Below, one piece after another: positions 27,522-37,395 of a stretch of 59,275 nucleotides of DNA (its first letter is position 1; each line of letters opens with the position of its first letter). The notes below the pieces were generated by a model. The model searched no databases. It was given only the letters and a program-made list of their open reading frames with translations, and had not been told where the DNA came from. The stretch spans positions 1 through 59,275 of IMG/VR virus record IMGVR_UViG_3300044468_000011, one strand, 5' to 3'. A program made the position numbers and the translations under genes. Origin of the DNA: a virus. Its lineage: Duplodnaviria; Caudoviricetes.

Positions 27522-27600
27522 AGCGGCGCATCGTACCCAAACCTGCCTCGTCCTGTCCCCATCCACCCTTCACCGACCTCCGAAAGGAAGCCGCTTCTTC

Positions 27601-30600
27601 ATGCCCGTCGCCTCGAAATTCCCCAAAGAACTCGATGCGCTGGCGGTCGATGCGGCCAACGAGACCGGCGCGGTCTCAGGCAAAGCGGACCCGAAATTCG
27701 AACCGACCGGCGAAGGCCACCACGCGAAAAACCACAACCTCGCCAACGCGGCGATCAACGCCGTCCAGGACCTGCTGAAGGATGGGCGCCCAGGGGATGT
27801 TCTGATCGGCGACGACGAAGGCATTCCCTTCTGGACCGCGGGCGCGCTGCCGGTCACCGCCTTCGGTGCAGTTGCGGACGAGTTCTACACCGACGGCAAA
27901 GTCGTCAACGGCTCAACGACCTTCACCAGCGCAAGCGCCAAATTCACCGTCTTCGACGTCGGCAAGACGGTGGTCATCGGCAAGGGCGGTCCGTCGAGCT
28001 CCCAAGACCACCACACGACGATCAAAGAAGTCAAAAGCGCGACGGAAGTGGTGCTCAACAACGCCGCCCAGCGCTCGCAGGAAAAATGCCGTTGGCTGAT
28101 CAGCCGCGCCGGTGACCAGACCGCGGCCATTCAAGCTGCGATCGACGAGGCCGAGAAACGAGGGGGCGCCAAAGTCTTCCTGAACGGGGTCGGCTTCCTC
28201 GCCTCGCAGATCAACCTCAAGAACCGCGTGGGGATCGTGGGGATGGGGCGGCGAGGAACCTGCCTGCACCAGGTCCACCAGTCGAACAAACCCCTCGTCA
28301 TCACCGACTACACCGAAAACGACTCGGCGGGATCGTGCGCGGTCGAACATATCTGGCTCGATGGCGCCCGGGCGCGGCAGTCAGATGTAACGACGACCCT
28401 CTCAGCCAAATATACGGCGGGCGACTCCACCCTGAAACTCACGAGCGCTGCGAACTTCCTCCCGGTCGGGATGGTGATCGTCGGCACCACCCGCATCCAC
28501 TACACGAAAAAGAACGGGAACACTCTCGAAGGTTTGACCGCGGGCCTCGAGGACACGACCGACGCAACCTCGGAATCGGGGACGACCGTCACGCAGAAAT
28601 CCAACTGCGCCATCTACATGATCCGCCAGCCCTTCAACACCGGGGGCACCTACGAGGAGGCCTTCGACTCCCACCACATCGTCCGCACGGTGCTGATGAA
28701 GAACTTCAAGGGGGACGGGCTCCACAACTGGGCACAGTCAGAGGTCCGCTGTGAGGACGTATGGGGGCGCAACTGCGACGAGTACAGCTTCCGGCCGAGC
28801 TTCGACACGTTCCTCGCGAATTGCATCTCCGATACCTCGGGTCGCTCCGGCTACTACACGTTCGGCGCATCCAGCGGTGGGTCCAACAACAAGGCGTTCT
28901 TCGCGGGCGGAGTCACCCCGGAAGCCGGCCACGGGTTCTTCTTCGAGGGAAAGCCCAACTTCGACAACGAGGGCTCGAAGGCCTGGATGGGCTGCATCGC
29001 CCAGGACAACAAGGCCTACGGCTTCTACGGGCGGAACGCCGACCTGATCAACGTCAGCGGAGCTGCCTCGTCCAACAGCACTTCCTCCAAAGGGACTTAC
29101 GCCGGCATCGGTCTCGACGGAGTGCGTCGCAGCATCCTCAGTGTCGTCTGCACCGAGCGCGAAGGCGCGACGTCCACCCAGCAGAACGCCCTCAACCTGC
29201 TTGCCACGACGCGGAAATGCGCCGGTAACACGATCGTGACCAAGCACTACCGGGCCGGTGGAACCGCCACGGTGGGCACGGCAATCAAGGCAGGGTCGGA
29301 TCTTACCGGCGGCAACGACATCCAGGTTAACGGCATGGGGGGCGTGGTAGCACCGGCTTATGCGGCCGAATACACCCCCGATCCCTACGAAGCGACGAAT
29401 CACATCGTCGGGGCCCTGACGGGCAACTGCACGATCAAAGCCCCGGCCAACGCCCATCTCGGGTGTCCCCTCACCTTCCTGCTGACCCAAGACTCTGTCG
29501 GTGGCAGGAAGGTGGCCTGGAACGCCGCCTTCTCCACCGGCGGCCTGGAAATCAACCCGCTCCCGGGCAGCGTCACGGTCGCTACCTTCATCTACAACGG
29601 GACCAGCTGGGTCTATCGATCCGCGGGCCCTCAGGTGGCATCGGGAGGGTTCGGGCGCCGGCTCCTGCGCATCCTCACGGAGGGGCTGCAGGACGCAACG
29701 GTGGTCATCGTCGGAGACTCCACCAGCGCCGGATATTCCTCAACCTGGGTCGGGGCAGTTGTCGACGGTCTCGCCGCTCGCTTCCCCGCCTACACCGTGA
29801 AATACCGGGACTGGACCGACGGGAACACCGACTACAACGCTGCGTCGACCAAACAGACCGGCTCGGGCTCCAAAACGCTCACGGTCTACAACTGCGCGGT
29901 TGCGGGCAAGGACGCCTTCTACCAGATGGCTCCGAACTTCGAGGCGATGATCGCCTCCAAGCAACCGGATTTGATCGTCTTCAGCCACGGCCACAATCAC
30001 GGGGGAGCGGGCACCCTGCCGGCCTTCTGGCGCCAAGGGCTCGTGATCTCCACCCAGTCGATCCTCAAGGCCTGCCCCACCTCCGAGGTAGTGCTGTTCG
30101 CGCAGAACCCACGCACGGATGCTGCCGCGACCGTGCAAGCCGAACGGCAGCACATCACCGAGCAGGTAGCCCACACCATGGGGGCGGGCTTCCTCAACGT
30201 CCACCGACTCTTCCTCGATACCGACCCCGCCGCTTCCTCGCTGCTCGCTGACACCGTTCACCCCAACTCGACCGGCTATGCGCTGATTTCGGCAGAGGTA
30301 CTCCGCCGGATGACCACGGCAGCTGGGCTTCCGTCGCAGCAGCGGCCGACGCTGACGGAGCTGGTGAGCGTGAACGGGCTGACGAACGGGGACTTCTCTT
30401 CGTTCGCCGTACCCCCGACGCTCACGGGTTGGAACGTGACCAACACCACGCTCTCCAAAGATGAAACCAACTTCGAGTCTCCAAACGGCTACGCGGTGAA
30501 AATGGTCTCGGCGTCTGCGGCCACGGCGTTCATGTCGCAGAAACTCGAAGGCAACGCACTCAAACGCTTCAAGGGCAACTGGGTAACGCTGCTTGTGCGG

Positions 30601-30867
30601 GTTCGGGTACCGAGCGGGCAAGCGGCTCGCTGCGGGGGGATCTCGCTTGTGGAGACCGGCGGCTCGCACGCCGGCACCGACTCCACCGGAGCTCTCAGCA
30701 CCAACGGCCAGGGTGACTGGCGCTGGCAGATGGTCTCCCGGCGGCTCGCCACCGACTGCACGAGCATCACCGTGCAGATCGTTCTCGCGGAATCCGCCGT
30801 TTCCCAGGAATGCAGCGTCGACCGCGCGATCCTGATCCCTGGGGTCTGGCCGCGGGACATCCGCTAG
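27601..30867 (+). CDS. Tail fibre/spike: beta-helix, SGNH hydrolase and CBM-like domains
   Basis: GAAAGGA RBS; VTAFGAVAD..DQTAAIQAAID; GDSTS..HGHN..DTVHPN; NGDF C-terminal module. Confidence 0.88.
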   Translation: MPVASKFPKELDALAVDAANETGAVSGKADPKFEPTGEGHHAKNHNLANAAINAVQDLLKDGRPGDVLIGDDEGIPFWTAGALPVTAFGAVADEFYTDGKVVNGSTTFTSASAKFTVFDVGKTVVIGKGGPSSSQDHHTTIKEVKSATEVVLNNAAQRSQEKCRWLISRAGDQTAAIQAAIDEAEKRGGAKVFLNGVGFLASQINLKNRVGIVGMGRRGTCLHQVHQSNKPLVITDYTENDSAGSCAVEHIWLDGARARQSDVTTTLSAKYTAGDSTLKLTSAANFLPVGMVIVGTTRIHYTKKNGNTLEGLTAGLEDTTDATSESGTTVTQKSNCAIYMIRQPFNTGGTYEEAFDSHHIVRTVLMKNFKGDGLHNWAQSEVRCEDVWGRNCDEYSFRPSFDTFLANCISDTSGRSGYYTFGASSGGSNNKAFFAGGVTPEAGHGFFFEGKPNFDNEGSKAWMGCIAQDNKAYGFYGRNADLINVSGAASSNSTSSKGTYAGIGLDGVRRSILSVVCTEREGATSTQQNALNLLATTRKCAGNTIVTKHYRAGGTATVGTAIKAGSDLTGGNDIQVNGMGGVVAPAYAAEYTPDPYEATNHIVGALTGNCTIKAPANAHLGCPLTFLLTQDSVGGRKVAWNAAFSTGGLEINPLPGSVTVATFIYNGTSWVYRSAGPQVASGGFGRRLLRILTEGLQDATVVIVGDSTSAGYSSTWVGAVVDGLAARFPAYTVKYRDWTDGNTDYNAASTKQTGSGSKTLTVYNCAVAGKDAFYQMAPNFEAMIASKQPDLIVFSHGHNHGGAGTLPAFWRQGLVISTQSILKACPTSEVVLFAQNPRTDAAATVQAERQHITEQVAHTMGAGFLNVHRLFLDTDPAASSLLADTVHPNSTGYALISAEVLRRMTTAAGLPSQQRPTLTELVSVNGLTNGDFSSFAVPPTLTGWNVTNTTLSKDETNFESPNGYAVKMVSASAATAFMSQKLEGNALKRFKGNWVTLLVRVRVPSGQAARCGGISLVETGGSHAGTDSTGALSTNGQGDWRWQMVSRRLATDCTSITVQIVLAESAVSQECSVDRAILIPGVWPRDIR

Positions 30868-30870
30868 CCG

Positions 30871-32631
30871 ATGCCCGCAACCCTCGGCTCGGGCACCTAC
30901 GGCTCGGGCACCTACGGAGGAGCCGACGGGAAAATCAAAGGCCCCCGGATCGCGATGGGGCGGGAGTACCCGCCCGACGATCTCGCTCTGCGGATCGACC
31001 CGCCGAAGGGCGCACCTGCTCGCTGGGCCGCCGATGAGCCTTTGGCGGAGAACGTCGCGAGCGATATCCGCCTGGTCGACGAGATGCCCGGTGGGGACAA
31101 GGAAGGCTCGACGGTCCTTGCCCGCGACCCCCGTCAGGACTACCCGGATCTGGCCCCCTTCAGCACGATCTCGGTCTACGGTCCTGGAGTAGAGGAGGTC
31201 GCGAACTACCGGCTCGACAAGACGCCGCAGTCAGACGGTGACCGGATCGCGATCACTTCCGAGGCGGTCGGCTGGTCGAAGGCTCTGGAAGACAACAAGG
31301 GGCTGATTGGGCCGGGCTTCATTGACGGCGACTTCTCCAAGTTCACCGACCCGCCTATCCAGCGCCGTATTCGCCTCATCGAACTTGGCCGCAAGCTCGT
31401 GGCGAGCTTTACGACCGGTTTCCAAGGGGGGGGCGAAAGCGATGCGGCGGCGCTCGTCTTCGAGTTCCTCGGCTCGGCATTGGCCGCCGGCAATGGCCTC
31501 GGCGAGGCCTGGCGACCCAGCGATGAGGTAGCGATCGGCCGAATCCTCTACGACTACAGGCAGCTCTCTTCCTGGGCGGCTCCCGACTCGAAATGGCGGA
31601 ACCGAATTTACGGGTCCAAGGACGCGGGCGGAGTGGAAGTGTCGGGCGGAACCGACCACCAGCACCAAGACGCGAGTTTCGCCAGTCTCGACATCGAAGG
31701 CGACGACTACTTCTACGCGTTTATCGAAAACATCCGCGAAGAAGCACTCGGCGGTGAATGGCAGAACGCCGACAGCTGGTCGAATATCAAGATCCTGGGG
31801 CGCCATGGTCTCGCCTTGCAGGGAGCGTGGCCCGAAGTCGGTTTCACCGTGGCGCAGATGCTCGCGTGGGCGATCCCGCGGTTCACCGTCCTCGAGGCCC
31901 GCCCCGAAGACCTTGAAGACACCGGATACATCGTGCAGCAGGCCTGGTTCTCAGATCCCGGTCCCATGTCCCAGGTAGTCCAAGAGCTCACCAAATACGA
32001 GCTGCTCGATTGGTTCGTCTTCGGCGACCGGCGCTTCAAGCTGAAGCGGCCCGGGACCTACGGGCGGCGCTGGCAGGCCTACTCGGGACCGTCGGGGCTT
32101 GAGGAAATCGGCTTCGACGCCGACCGCTGCTGGAAGGAAATCCTCGTCACCGGCCAGGACGTGGACGGCAGGCAGATCTCCGTCGGCCCGATCGGCTCGG
32201 GTGCGACGGTCGAATCCGACGCCCTTGAAATCACCGACCCCGACCACCCGGCAGTGCGGGCGGCCGAAGAGTACGGGCCGAATTTCCTGCGGCGCGACCG
32301 CCTCTCCCTGAGGGGGATCAGCACCCCGGCCCGGATGATCGAAGCAGGGGAAGTCTGGCTGCGGGAAGCCAACCAGCTCGACCGCTCCGGGCAATGCGCC
32401 CTCTCGGGGTATGCGATGGACGACCGGGGGATCATGCGCCCTGTCTCACAGATCCGCGCCGGGGACCAAGTCCGGTTCCCCGACGCAGGGGACACGAGCT
32501 ACAGGCGGATCGTCCGTCGCTCTTACGAGCACTCGGCCCGCACGGCGCAGCTCGACCTGGACGCGCCCCCTGAAGCGGTGCAAGCCCTGCTGGAGCGGCT
32601 TGATGCGTCGATCCAGTCCCTAGCCCTGTGA
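30871..32631 (+). CDS. Minor tail/hub protein
   Basis: Size and position; IRAGDQVRF near C-terminus. Confidence 0.8.
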   Translation: MPATLGSGTYGSGTYGGADGKIKGPRIAMGREYPPDDLALRIDPPKGAPARWAADEPLAENVASDIRLVDEMPGGDKEGSTVLARDPRQDYPDLAPFSTISVYGPGVEEVANYRLDKTPQSDGDRIAITSEAVGWSKALEDNKGLIGPGFIDGDFSKFTDPPIQRRIRLIELGRKLVASFTTGFQGGGESDAAALVFEFLGSALAAGNGLGEAWRPSDEVAIGRILYDYRQLSSWAAPDSKWRNRIYGSKDAGGVEVSGGTDHQHQDASFASLDIEGDDYFYAFIENIREEALGGEWQNADSWSNIKILGRHGLALQGAWPEVGFTVAQMLAWAIPRFTVLEARPEDLEDTGYIVQQAWFSDPGPMSQVVQELTKYELLDWFVFGDRRFKLKRPGTYGRRWQAYSGPSGLEEIGFDADRCWKEILVTGQDVDGRQISVGPIGSGATVESDALEITDPDHPAVRAAEEYGPNFLRRDRLSLRGISTPARMIEAGEVWLREANQLDRSGQCALSGYAMDDRGIMRPVSQIRAGDQVRFPDAGDTSYRRIVRRSYEHSARTAQLDLDAPPEAVQALLERLDASIQSLAL

Positions 32632-32695
32632 CCCGACCGGAGGAAGCGAGACGTGCCCTCGATCTGCGAATTACCCACCAATACCGGAGAGCGTG

Positions 32696-32884
32696 ATGTC
32701 CGATGAGACCCGGATTGGCAAGGTCGAGGACCGAGTCACCGAGATCGAAAAACGAGAGGCGGGCCGAGACGTGAAAGTCGAAATCGCCACGGGAGCGATG
32801 AACAGGTTGACCGGACTGGTCGGCGCTGCGGGGGTAGTGATCCTCGGCGCAGTGGTCACCTTCATCCTGACCGGGAGCAACTGA
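32696..32884 (+). CDS. Small membrane protein (coiled coil plus C-terminal TM), holin/XhlA-like
   Basis: RIGKVEDRVTEIE followed by a hydrophobic tail. Confidence 0.7.
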   Translation: MSDETRIGKVEDRVTEIEKREAGRDVKVEIATGAMNRLTGLVGAAGVVILGAVVTFILTGSN

Positions 32885-33606
32885 TGACCTTTCGAGAGAA
32901 GCTCGCGCATGTGGCCAAAGACGATCCTGACTTCGCTCGCTCCGCCAAACGCTGGCGAATCGCATCGTGGCTCTTCGGGATCGCCGTCGTGGTCGCCCTC
33001 GCCTTCGGCGCCTGGTCGCTCAAGATCGGCTTCAGCAACAGCACGAAGATCACGAAGATCGAATCCCCGTGCCTGAAGTACGGGGCAAGGTCAGAGCAGT
33101 GCAAGGAAGCCTTCGAACAGGCGGTCCTCACGATTACCCATGCGCAGGCTTGCGCGATCCTGCGAAAAGCAGGACTCGAGATCCAACCGTGCGCCCATGC
33201 TCGCCTTCGGCAGGAAACTGCTCGGCGACGGGAACGAAGCGCTAGCGAGCAGCGTGCGGGTGGTGATGCCTCGCCGGACACCACCGGCTCCTTTCCATCG
33301 GGATCTCAGGATGGGGGTTCTGTGGGGGATGGGAAAGGGCGGGGTGGAGGCGAGGGCGGTTCCGGCGGCGGTGGTGGGCCCGCGGCGCCGAGTCCCTCCG
33401 ATCCTGATCCCGTGCCTGCTTCATCTCCACCAGGCCGCAGCTCTGACGCGCCCGGGAACCCAGAACCTCCAGCCGATCCTCCCCGAGCGCTGCCCTCCAC
33501 CCTGGAAGCCACCGGTGAGGCTGTGAAAGAAGCTGGGGAGGGTGCGGGGTCGGCGGTTGAAGGTGTTGGGAAAGGGCTGGATTGTGCTCTGCGGGGTGGG
33601 TGCTGA
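32884..33606 (+). CDS. Membrane-anchored protein with Gly/Pro-rich tail (lysis accessory?)
   Basis: TM helix, Cys pairs, low-complexity tail; TGATG coupling. Confidence 0.7.
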   Translation: MTFREKLAHVAKDDPDFARSAKRWRIASWLFGIAVVVALAFGAWSLKIGFSNSTKITKIESPCLKYGARSEQCKEAFEQAVLTITHAQACAILRKAGLEIQPCAHARLRQETARRRERSASEQRAGGDASPDTTGSFPSGSQDGGSVGDGKGRGGGEGGSGGGGGPAAPSPSDPDPVPASSPPGRSSDAPGNPEPPADPPRALPSTLEATGEAVKEAGEGAGSAVEGVGKGLDCALRGGC

Positions 33607-33679
33607 ACGCAAACGACCCGCCAGGAAGCGGGCCGGATGCGCAGAACGGGCAGGTTGTGAGACAGGCCCGCTAAGTCTC
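33605..33679 (-). terminator. Cassette A 3' element: stop hairpin plus terminator; direct repeat of 37396-37470
   Basis: 41-bp and 15-bp blocks identical to copy B; GGCCCGC-TTCCTG-GCGGGTC-GTTTGCGTT on minus strand. Confidence 0.8.
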
Positions 33680-34012
33680 TTGGACCGGAACGCCCGCTAC
33701 CCGTTTGATCGGGCCGGTCAGGTTGAGCATTGAGAGGGGGGCCTCCTCGGTTAGGAGGTCGCGCCAGTCTTCCGGGTGGATGAGGATTTCAAGCAGTCGC
33801 TCGTTGTCCGGGTCGCTGACCACCGCCGAATCGCCCTCTCCAAACGGGACCGCGAGCAGCCTGCCGAGCACTCGGGCTCGCTCGGGCGTCAGTGGCGCGG
33901 TCGTGATCGAACCTCGGATCGCGTCGGCCGTCACACGAATCTGAGCCACCGGCCTGTCCTCAGTCGCAGCCGAGTTGATCTCTCGCAAAATCGTTGCGTA
34001 CATCTGGTCCAT
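33671..34012 (-). CDS. Cassette A cargo, hypothetical (113 aa, ends QET)
   Basis: TAGAAT -10, GGAGG RBS, ATG at 34012. Confidence 0.8.
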   Translation of the reverse strand: MDQMYATILREINSAATEDRPVAQIRVTADAIRGSITTAPLTPERARVLGRLLAVPFGEGDSAVVSDPDNERLLEILIHPEDWRDLLTEEAPLSMLNLTGPIKRVAGVPVQET

Positions 34013-34133
34013 CTCGGGTCTCACCTCCGAGTAGTGGATTTACACCGCGCATTCTATCCCTTGACTTCACCCAGCCCAGACACCATCGTCTACAGATAAC
34101 GAGAGGGAGGCGCCGGAGAGGAGAGCCGTCGCC

Positions 34134-34358
34134 TTGCCCTCAGATCCTCCTCAGCATGTCTGGGTGGTCCACAAGAAGGGCGGAAAGCTCGATCCAATCC
34201 CGGTTGTCGATCCGGAGATCGCCGACCTCTTCCGAGACCAAGGCTGGCAGGTGACAGAAGTTCCGATTGCAGCCTTCAAAGAGGACGAGAGGGCGCTGCG
34301 GTGCTTGGGGATCGAGCCTCAGCGGCGGTGCGGCGGCGGCTGCACGAACGTCACCTGA
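34134..34358 (+). CDS. Hypothetical protein
   Basis: GGAG RBS; TTG start; overlaps the convergent gene. Confidence 0.45.
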   Translation: MPSDPPQHVWVVHKKGGKLDPIPVVDPEIADLFRDQGWQVTEVPIAAFKEDERALRCLGIEPQRRCGGGCTNVT

Positions 34359-34525
34359 CCGTCCTCGACGATCTGGTCTCCGGTCTCCAGTCCGTCCGCC
34401 TTGACCGAGCCGTCCCGCTGGAGGTTGAACATCACGAGAGGCCGCTCTGCTGGTTTCCCTGAGGCGTCAAGGACCTTGAAGGTCGTCGCCTCCGGTCCCT
34501 TCGCGATGACGGCAGTTCGCTCCAT
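34319..34525 (-). CDS. Hypothetical protein (leaderless-type moron)
   Basis: TAGGCT -10 shortly before ATG. Confidence 0.6.
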   Translation of the reverse strand: MERTAVIAKGPEATTFKVLDASGKPAERPLVMFNLQRDGSVKADGLETGDQIVEDGQVTFVQPPPHRR

Positions 34526-34571
34526 CGGCACCGAGCCTACACCCAGCTTCCCCCTGATCCTCGCCGTGAAG

Positions 34572-34901
34572 CTAGCCCTGTGCTTGACGCGCGACGATGC
34601 CCTGATTACGGAACGTGCGGGCCAGACGGCTGCGCTTCAGCGCGATCCGCCGCATCTCCGGTTCGACAAGCCGTTGCAGAATCTCCTCGGAGAAGAGTTG
34701 CTCGCGTCCACAGTGCGGAACGGTGCAGCGCAGGGTGACCATCCCGCGCTCGTGGTGGCGAATCCGCTCGGTGACCGGCGGGCCGTCATGCAGGCAGCGA
34801 GAGCGGCGGGCCTCACGGTCAAGAACCACCGCGTCAGCCTCGTCTCGGTACTCGTCGCCGATCAGGGCGATGGCCGAATCGAAAGCGTCCATCCGCTCCA
34901 C
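34572..34901 (-). CDS. Hypothetical protein (CxH..CxxxxC)
   Basis: GAGGTG upstream; start uncertain. Confidence 0.5.
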   Translation of the reverse strand: MERMDAFDSAIALIGDEYRDEADAVVLDREARRSRCLHDGPPVTERIRHHERGMVTLRCTVPHCGREQLFSEEILQRLVEPEMRRIALKRSRLARTFRNQGIVARQAQG

Positions 34902-34977
34902 CGTACCACCCACCTCTTCCTGAATTCCCTCGCCGCCTGAGCGCGGCCTCCATATCCAACCCGAAAGGAGGTCCGCT

Positions 34978-36606
34978 ATGCGGCGGACTCCGGCTGCGTT
35001 CCTCGTGGCCTTCCTCATCATGCTCGGCCTGGGCACCTCGCACGCGAGCGCCTGGGAGAACGGCAAAGCCCCGGCATCGGCAATGTCGCCGATCGCGACC
35101 ACCGTGAAGTGCGACCCGCTTCAGGGCCAGCTCGCCAACGAGGCGGCGGCGGGGTGGAACACGATGGCGCTCGCTGCCGGCGAACGTCTGGCGATCAACG
35201 GCTGCGACTCGGCCTACCGGCCCTATGACCGCCAGGTCTACATGAAGAACTACTGGTGCGCGCTGGGCGCGTGTCAGAACGCGGCCACCCCCGGCTACTC
35301 AAACCACGGCTGGGGCCTCGCCACCGACAACCCGACTACGACCCTCGGCTACATCGCCCTTCACGGCAAGCGGTTCGGCTGGTGCAAGTGCTGGTCGGAT
35401 GCGCCGTGGGAGAGCTGGCATGTCACCTACCGCGACGTCTTCAACCGGCCGAACCCCGGCCCCAATCTCCACTCGCCGACGCTGCGCCAGCACTCCGGCG
35501 GCCCTGGCCAGAACGTCTACGTCCGCAAGGTGCAGAAGCTCCTTCGCGGCCACGGCGACAAGACCGTCACGGTCGATGGCTCTTTCGGCTGGCAGACCCG
35601 CAAGGCGGTCGAACGCTTCCAGCGGGCCCAGCGGCTGAAGGTCAACGGCGTCGTCTCCAAGCGGGTGTGGAAGCGTCTGCGCCGCCCGATCTCCAAGCCG
35701 GTGAAGACGACCCCCGTCCACGTCGCGCCCGCCGGCACCGCTCCACCTCCGGCCAAGCCCCACCACAAAAAGAAGCACCACCAGGCTCCGAAGAACCGCA
35801 AGGCGTGGGGGATCGACATCAGCTCGAACAACGGGTGCCCGGCGACCGGGAATCCGGCGATCAACTTCAGGAAGGTCCGCCGCGACGGCGCCACCTTCGC
35901 GATCACGAAGTCGACTGAGAGCACCACCTACGTCAACCCGTGCTTCGGCCGCGCTCAGGTGCGGGCGATCGGTTCGGCCGGCCTGGTCCCCGGCGTCTAC
36001 CACTGGCTTACCCCGGGCGGCGCATCGGGCAAGGCCGAGGCCGCCTTCTTCGCCAACACGATCGGCCACGCCGGTTACGGCAAGGGGTTCCTGCAGCCCT
36101 TCGTCGATGTGGAGGAGCACAGCGGGATCTCCAGCGCGGCCTACTGCCGGGAGCTCGGCGAATTCGTCCACACCCTGAAGCGGGTCCTGGGCGAGAAGCC
36201 GATCATCTACTCGACGCCCAGCTTCGTCACCGACGAACTCGGCGGGGCCGCCTGCGGCTACCTCGACCACTACCGCCTCTGGATCGCCCACCTCGGCGTG
36301 AGGCACCCCGACGTGCCTGCGCCGTTCGGGAGCTGGGCGCTCTGGCAGTACACCTGGACCGCCCACGTCGCCGGGGTTCCAGGTGAGGTCGATGTCAGCA
36401 AGGTCTACGGGGGGACCAGGGCGCTCGCAACGCTCCGCGTTCGCGACCTCCCGCGCCGGGTTCGCAAAGCGCCGCGGGCGAAGCTCGAGTTGCCGCTTGC
36501 GGCTGAGTCCCGGGGGCGGTTGCTGAAGGCGGCGCCCGATAACCCGCATCCCCCGGCGGCAGATGCCACGCCGCCGGGGTCCACCGCCGATGAAGGGGGG
36601 TCCTGA
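34978..36606 (+). CDS. Endolysin: signal peptide, M15 peptidase, PG_binding_1 and GH25 muramidase
   Basis: SHASA/W cleavage site; SNHGWGLATD..ESWH; VDGSFGWQTRKAVERFQ; GIDISS..DVEE..WQYT. Confidence 0.93.
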   Translation: MRRTPAAFLVAFLIMLGLGTSHASAWENGKAPASAMSPIATTVKCDPLQGQLANEAAAGWNTMALAAGERLAINGCDSAYRPYDRQVYMKNYWCALGACQNAATPGYSNHGWGLATDNPTTTLGYIALHGKRFGWCKCWSDAPWESWHVTYRDVFNRPNPGPNLHSPTLRQHSGGPGQNVYVRKVQKLLRGHGDKTVTVDGSFGWQTRKAVERFQRAQRLKVNGVVSKRVWKRLRRPISKPVKTTPVHVAPAGTAPPPAKPHHKKKHHQAPKNRKAWGIDISSNNGCPATGNPAINFRKVRRDGATFAITKSTESTTYVNPCFGRAQVRAIGSAGLVPGVYHWLTPGGASGKAEAAFFANTIGHAGYGKGFLQPFVDVEEHSGISSAAYCRELGEFVHTLKRVLGEKPIIYSTPSFVTDELGGAACGYLDHYRLWIAHLGVRHPDVPAPFGSWALWQYTWTAHVAGVPGEVDVSKVYGGTRALATLRVRDLPRRVRKAPRAKLELPLAAESRGRLLKAAPDNPHPPAADATPPGSTADEGGS

Positions 36607-36851
36607 TGCCTGAGGTGCCCGAGCGCGTGCGCGCGTTCCTCGACCGCCTGCTCCCGAAGGAGCTGAGGGCCTACGTCCCCGGAGGCAAGCTCGTTGCCGG
36701 GGTGATCCTCGCCGTGCTGGCCTCCGTGTTCGGCATCGGCGGAGAGACCGTCGTCACGATCCCCGGCGTCGGGGATCTCACCGTCGCTGCCCTCGCCCTG
36801 GTGGTCGGGGTCTACCTCTACCCGGAAAAGGAAGACTCAGTGGACCGATAG
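36606..36851 (+). CDS. Holin
   Basis: Two TM segments; coupled to the endolysin. Confidence 0.75.
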   Translation: MPEVPERVRAFLDRLLPKELRAYVPGGKLVAGVILAVLASVFGIGGETVVTIPGVGDLTVAALALVVGVYLYPEKEDSVDR

Positions 36852-36904
36852 GCCTGTAGCCGCTACAACATCCCCGACCGATTCGAAAGACCCGGTCGCT
36901 CAGC

Positions 36905-36940
36905 GAGCCCTCGTCCCTCTCCCGGGACGGGGGCTTTTTG
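36905..36940 (+). terminator. Intrinsic terminator after the lysis genes
   Basis: GAGCCCTCGTCCC/GGGACGGGGGCTT stem followed by T-tract. Confidence 0.85.
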
Positions 36941-36967
36941 CGTTCCAGGGAACTAACCTCCGAGGCG

Positions 36968-37243
36968 ATGGAGAAATCCGAGATCGCGAAGCTGACCGCC
37001 GCCGTCGAACGGGTCGGCGACCTGATCGAAGACCAGAACAGGCCATCCCCGCTGATGGGCCCGGAGGCCCAAGCCTTGACGCTCCTCGGGAAAGACCCCG
37101 ACAAATTCGCCGAGGCCCGGCACCGGCGGGAGATGCAGGATCTGGCCGAGGAAGAAGCCAGGTCGGCGAAGCTCGCGGCCCGGTGGAGCGCGGTTGCCGC
37201 ACTGGCTGCCCTCGCAACCGCCGGGGTGAGTGCCTTCCGGTAG
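36968..37243 (+). CDS. Small protein with C-terminal TM
   Basis: MEKSEIAKL..WSAVAALAALATAGV. Confidence 0.65.
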   Translation: MEKSEIAKLTAAVERVGDLIEDQNRPSPLMGPEAQALTLLGKDPDKFAEARHRREMQDLAEEEARSAKLAARWSAVAALAALATAGVSAFR

Positions 37244-37395
37244 TGCGTTACGCCGTCTTCGTGATCATCAGCAGCGGGGCGGCTGAGGGGGCCGGGGCAA
37301 TGGTCATCTCAGCCGCCCTTGCCGGTGCTGGCCAGGGGGAACTGCTGGTGGGTGGAGGAGAGCCGCACCGGGAGAGCGTAGGCGCCTTGGGGCTC

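Noticed and set aside
27211-27600. 1218-aa start for the tail spike
   Set aside because: Overlaps the antisense lipoprotein; the RBS supports ATG 27601.
33605-33679. Cassette 3' hairpins as integron attC sites
   Set aside because: No RYYYAAC/GTTRRRY cores and no integron integrase.
5681-36549. Long antisense or alternate-frame ORFs (e.g. 5681-6817, 9688-11049, 11522-12601, 23698-25281, 35299-36549)
   Set aside because: Shadows of real genes in high-GC DNA; no motifs or RBS.
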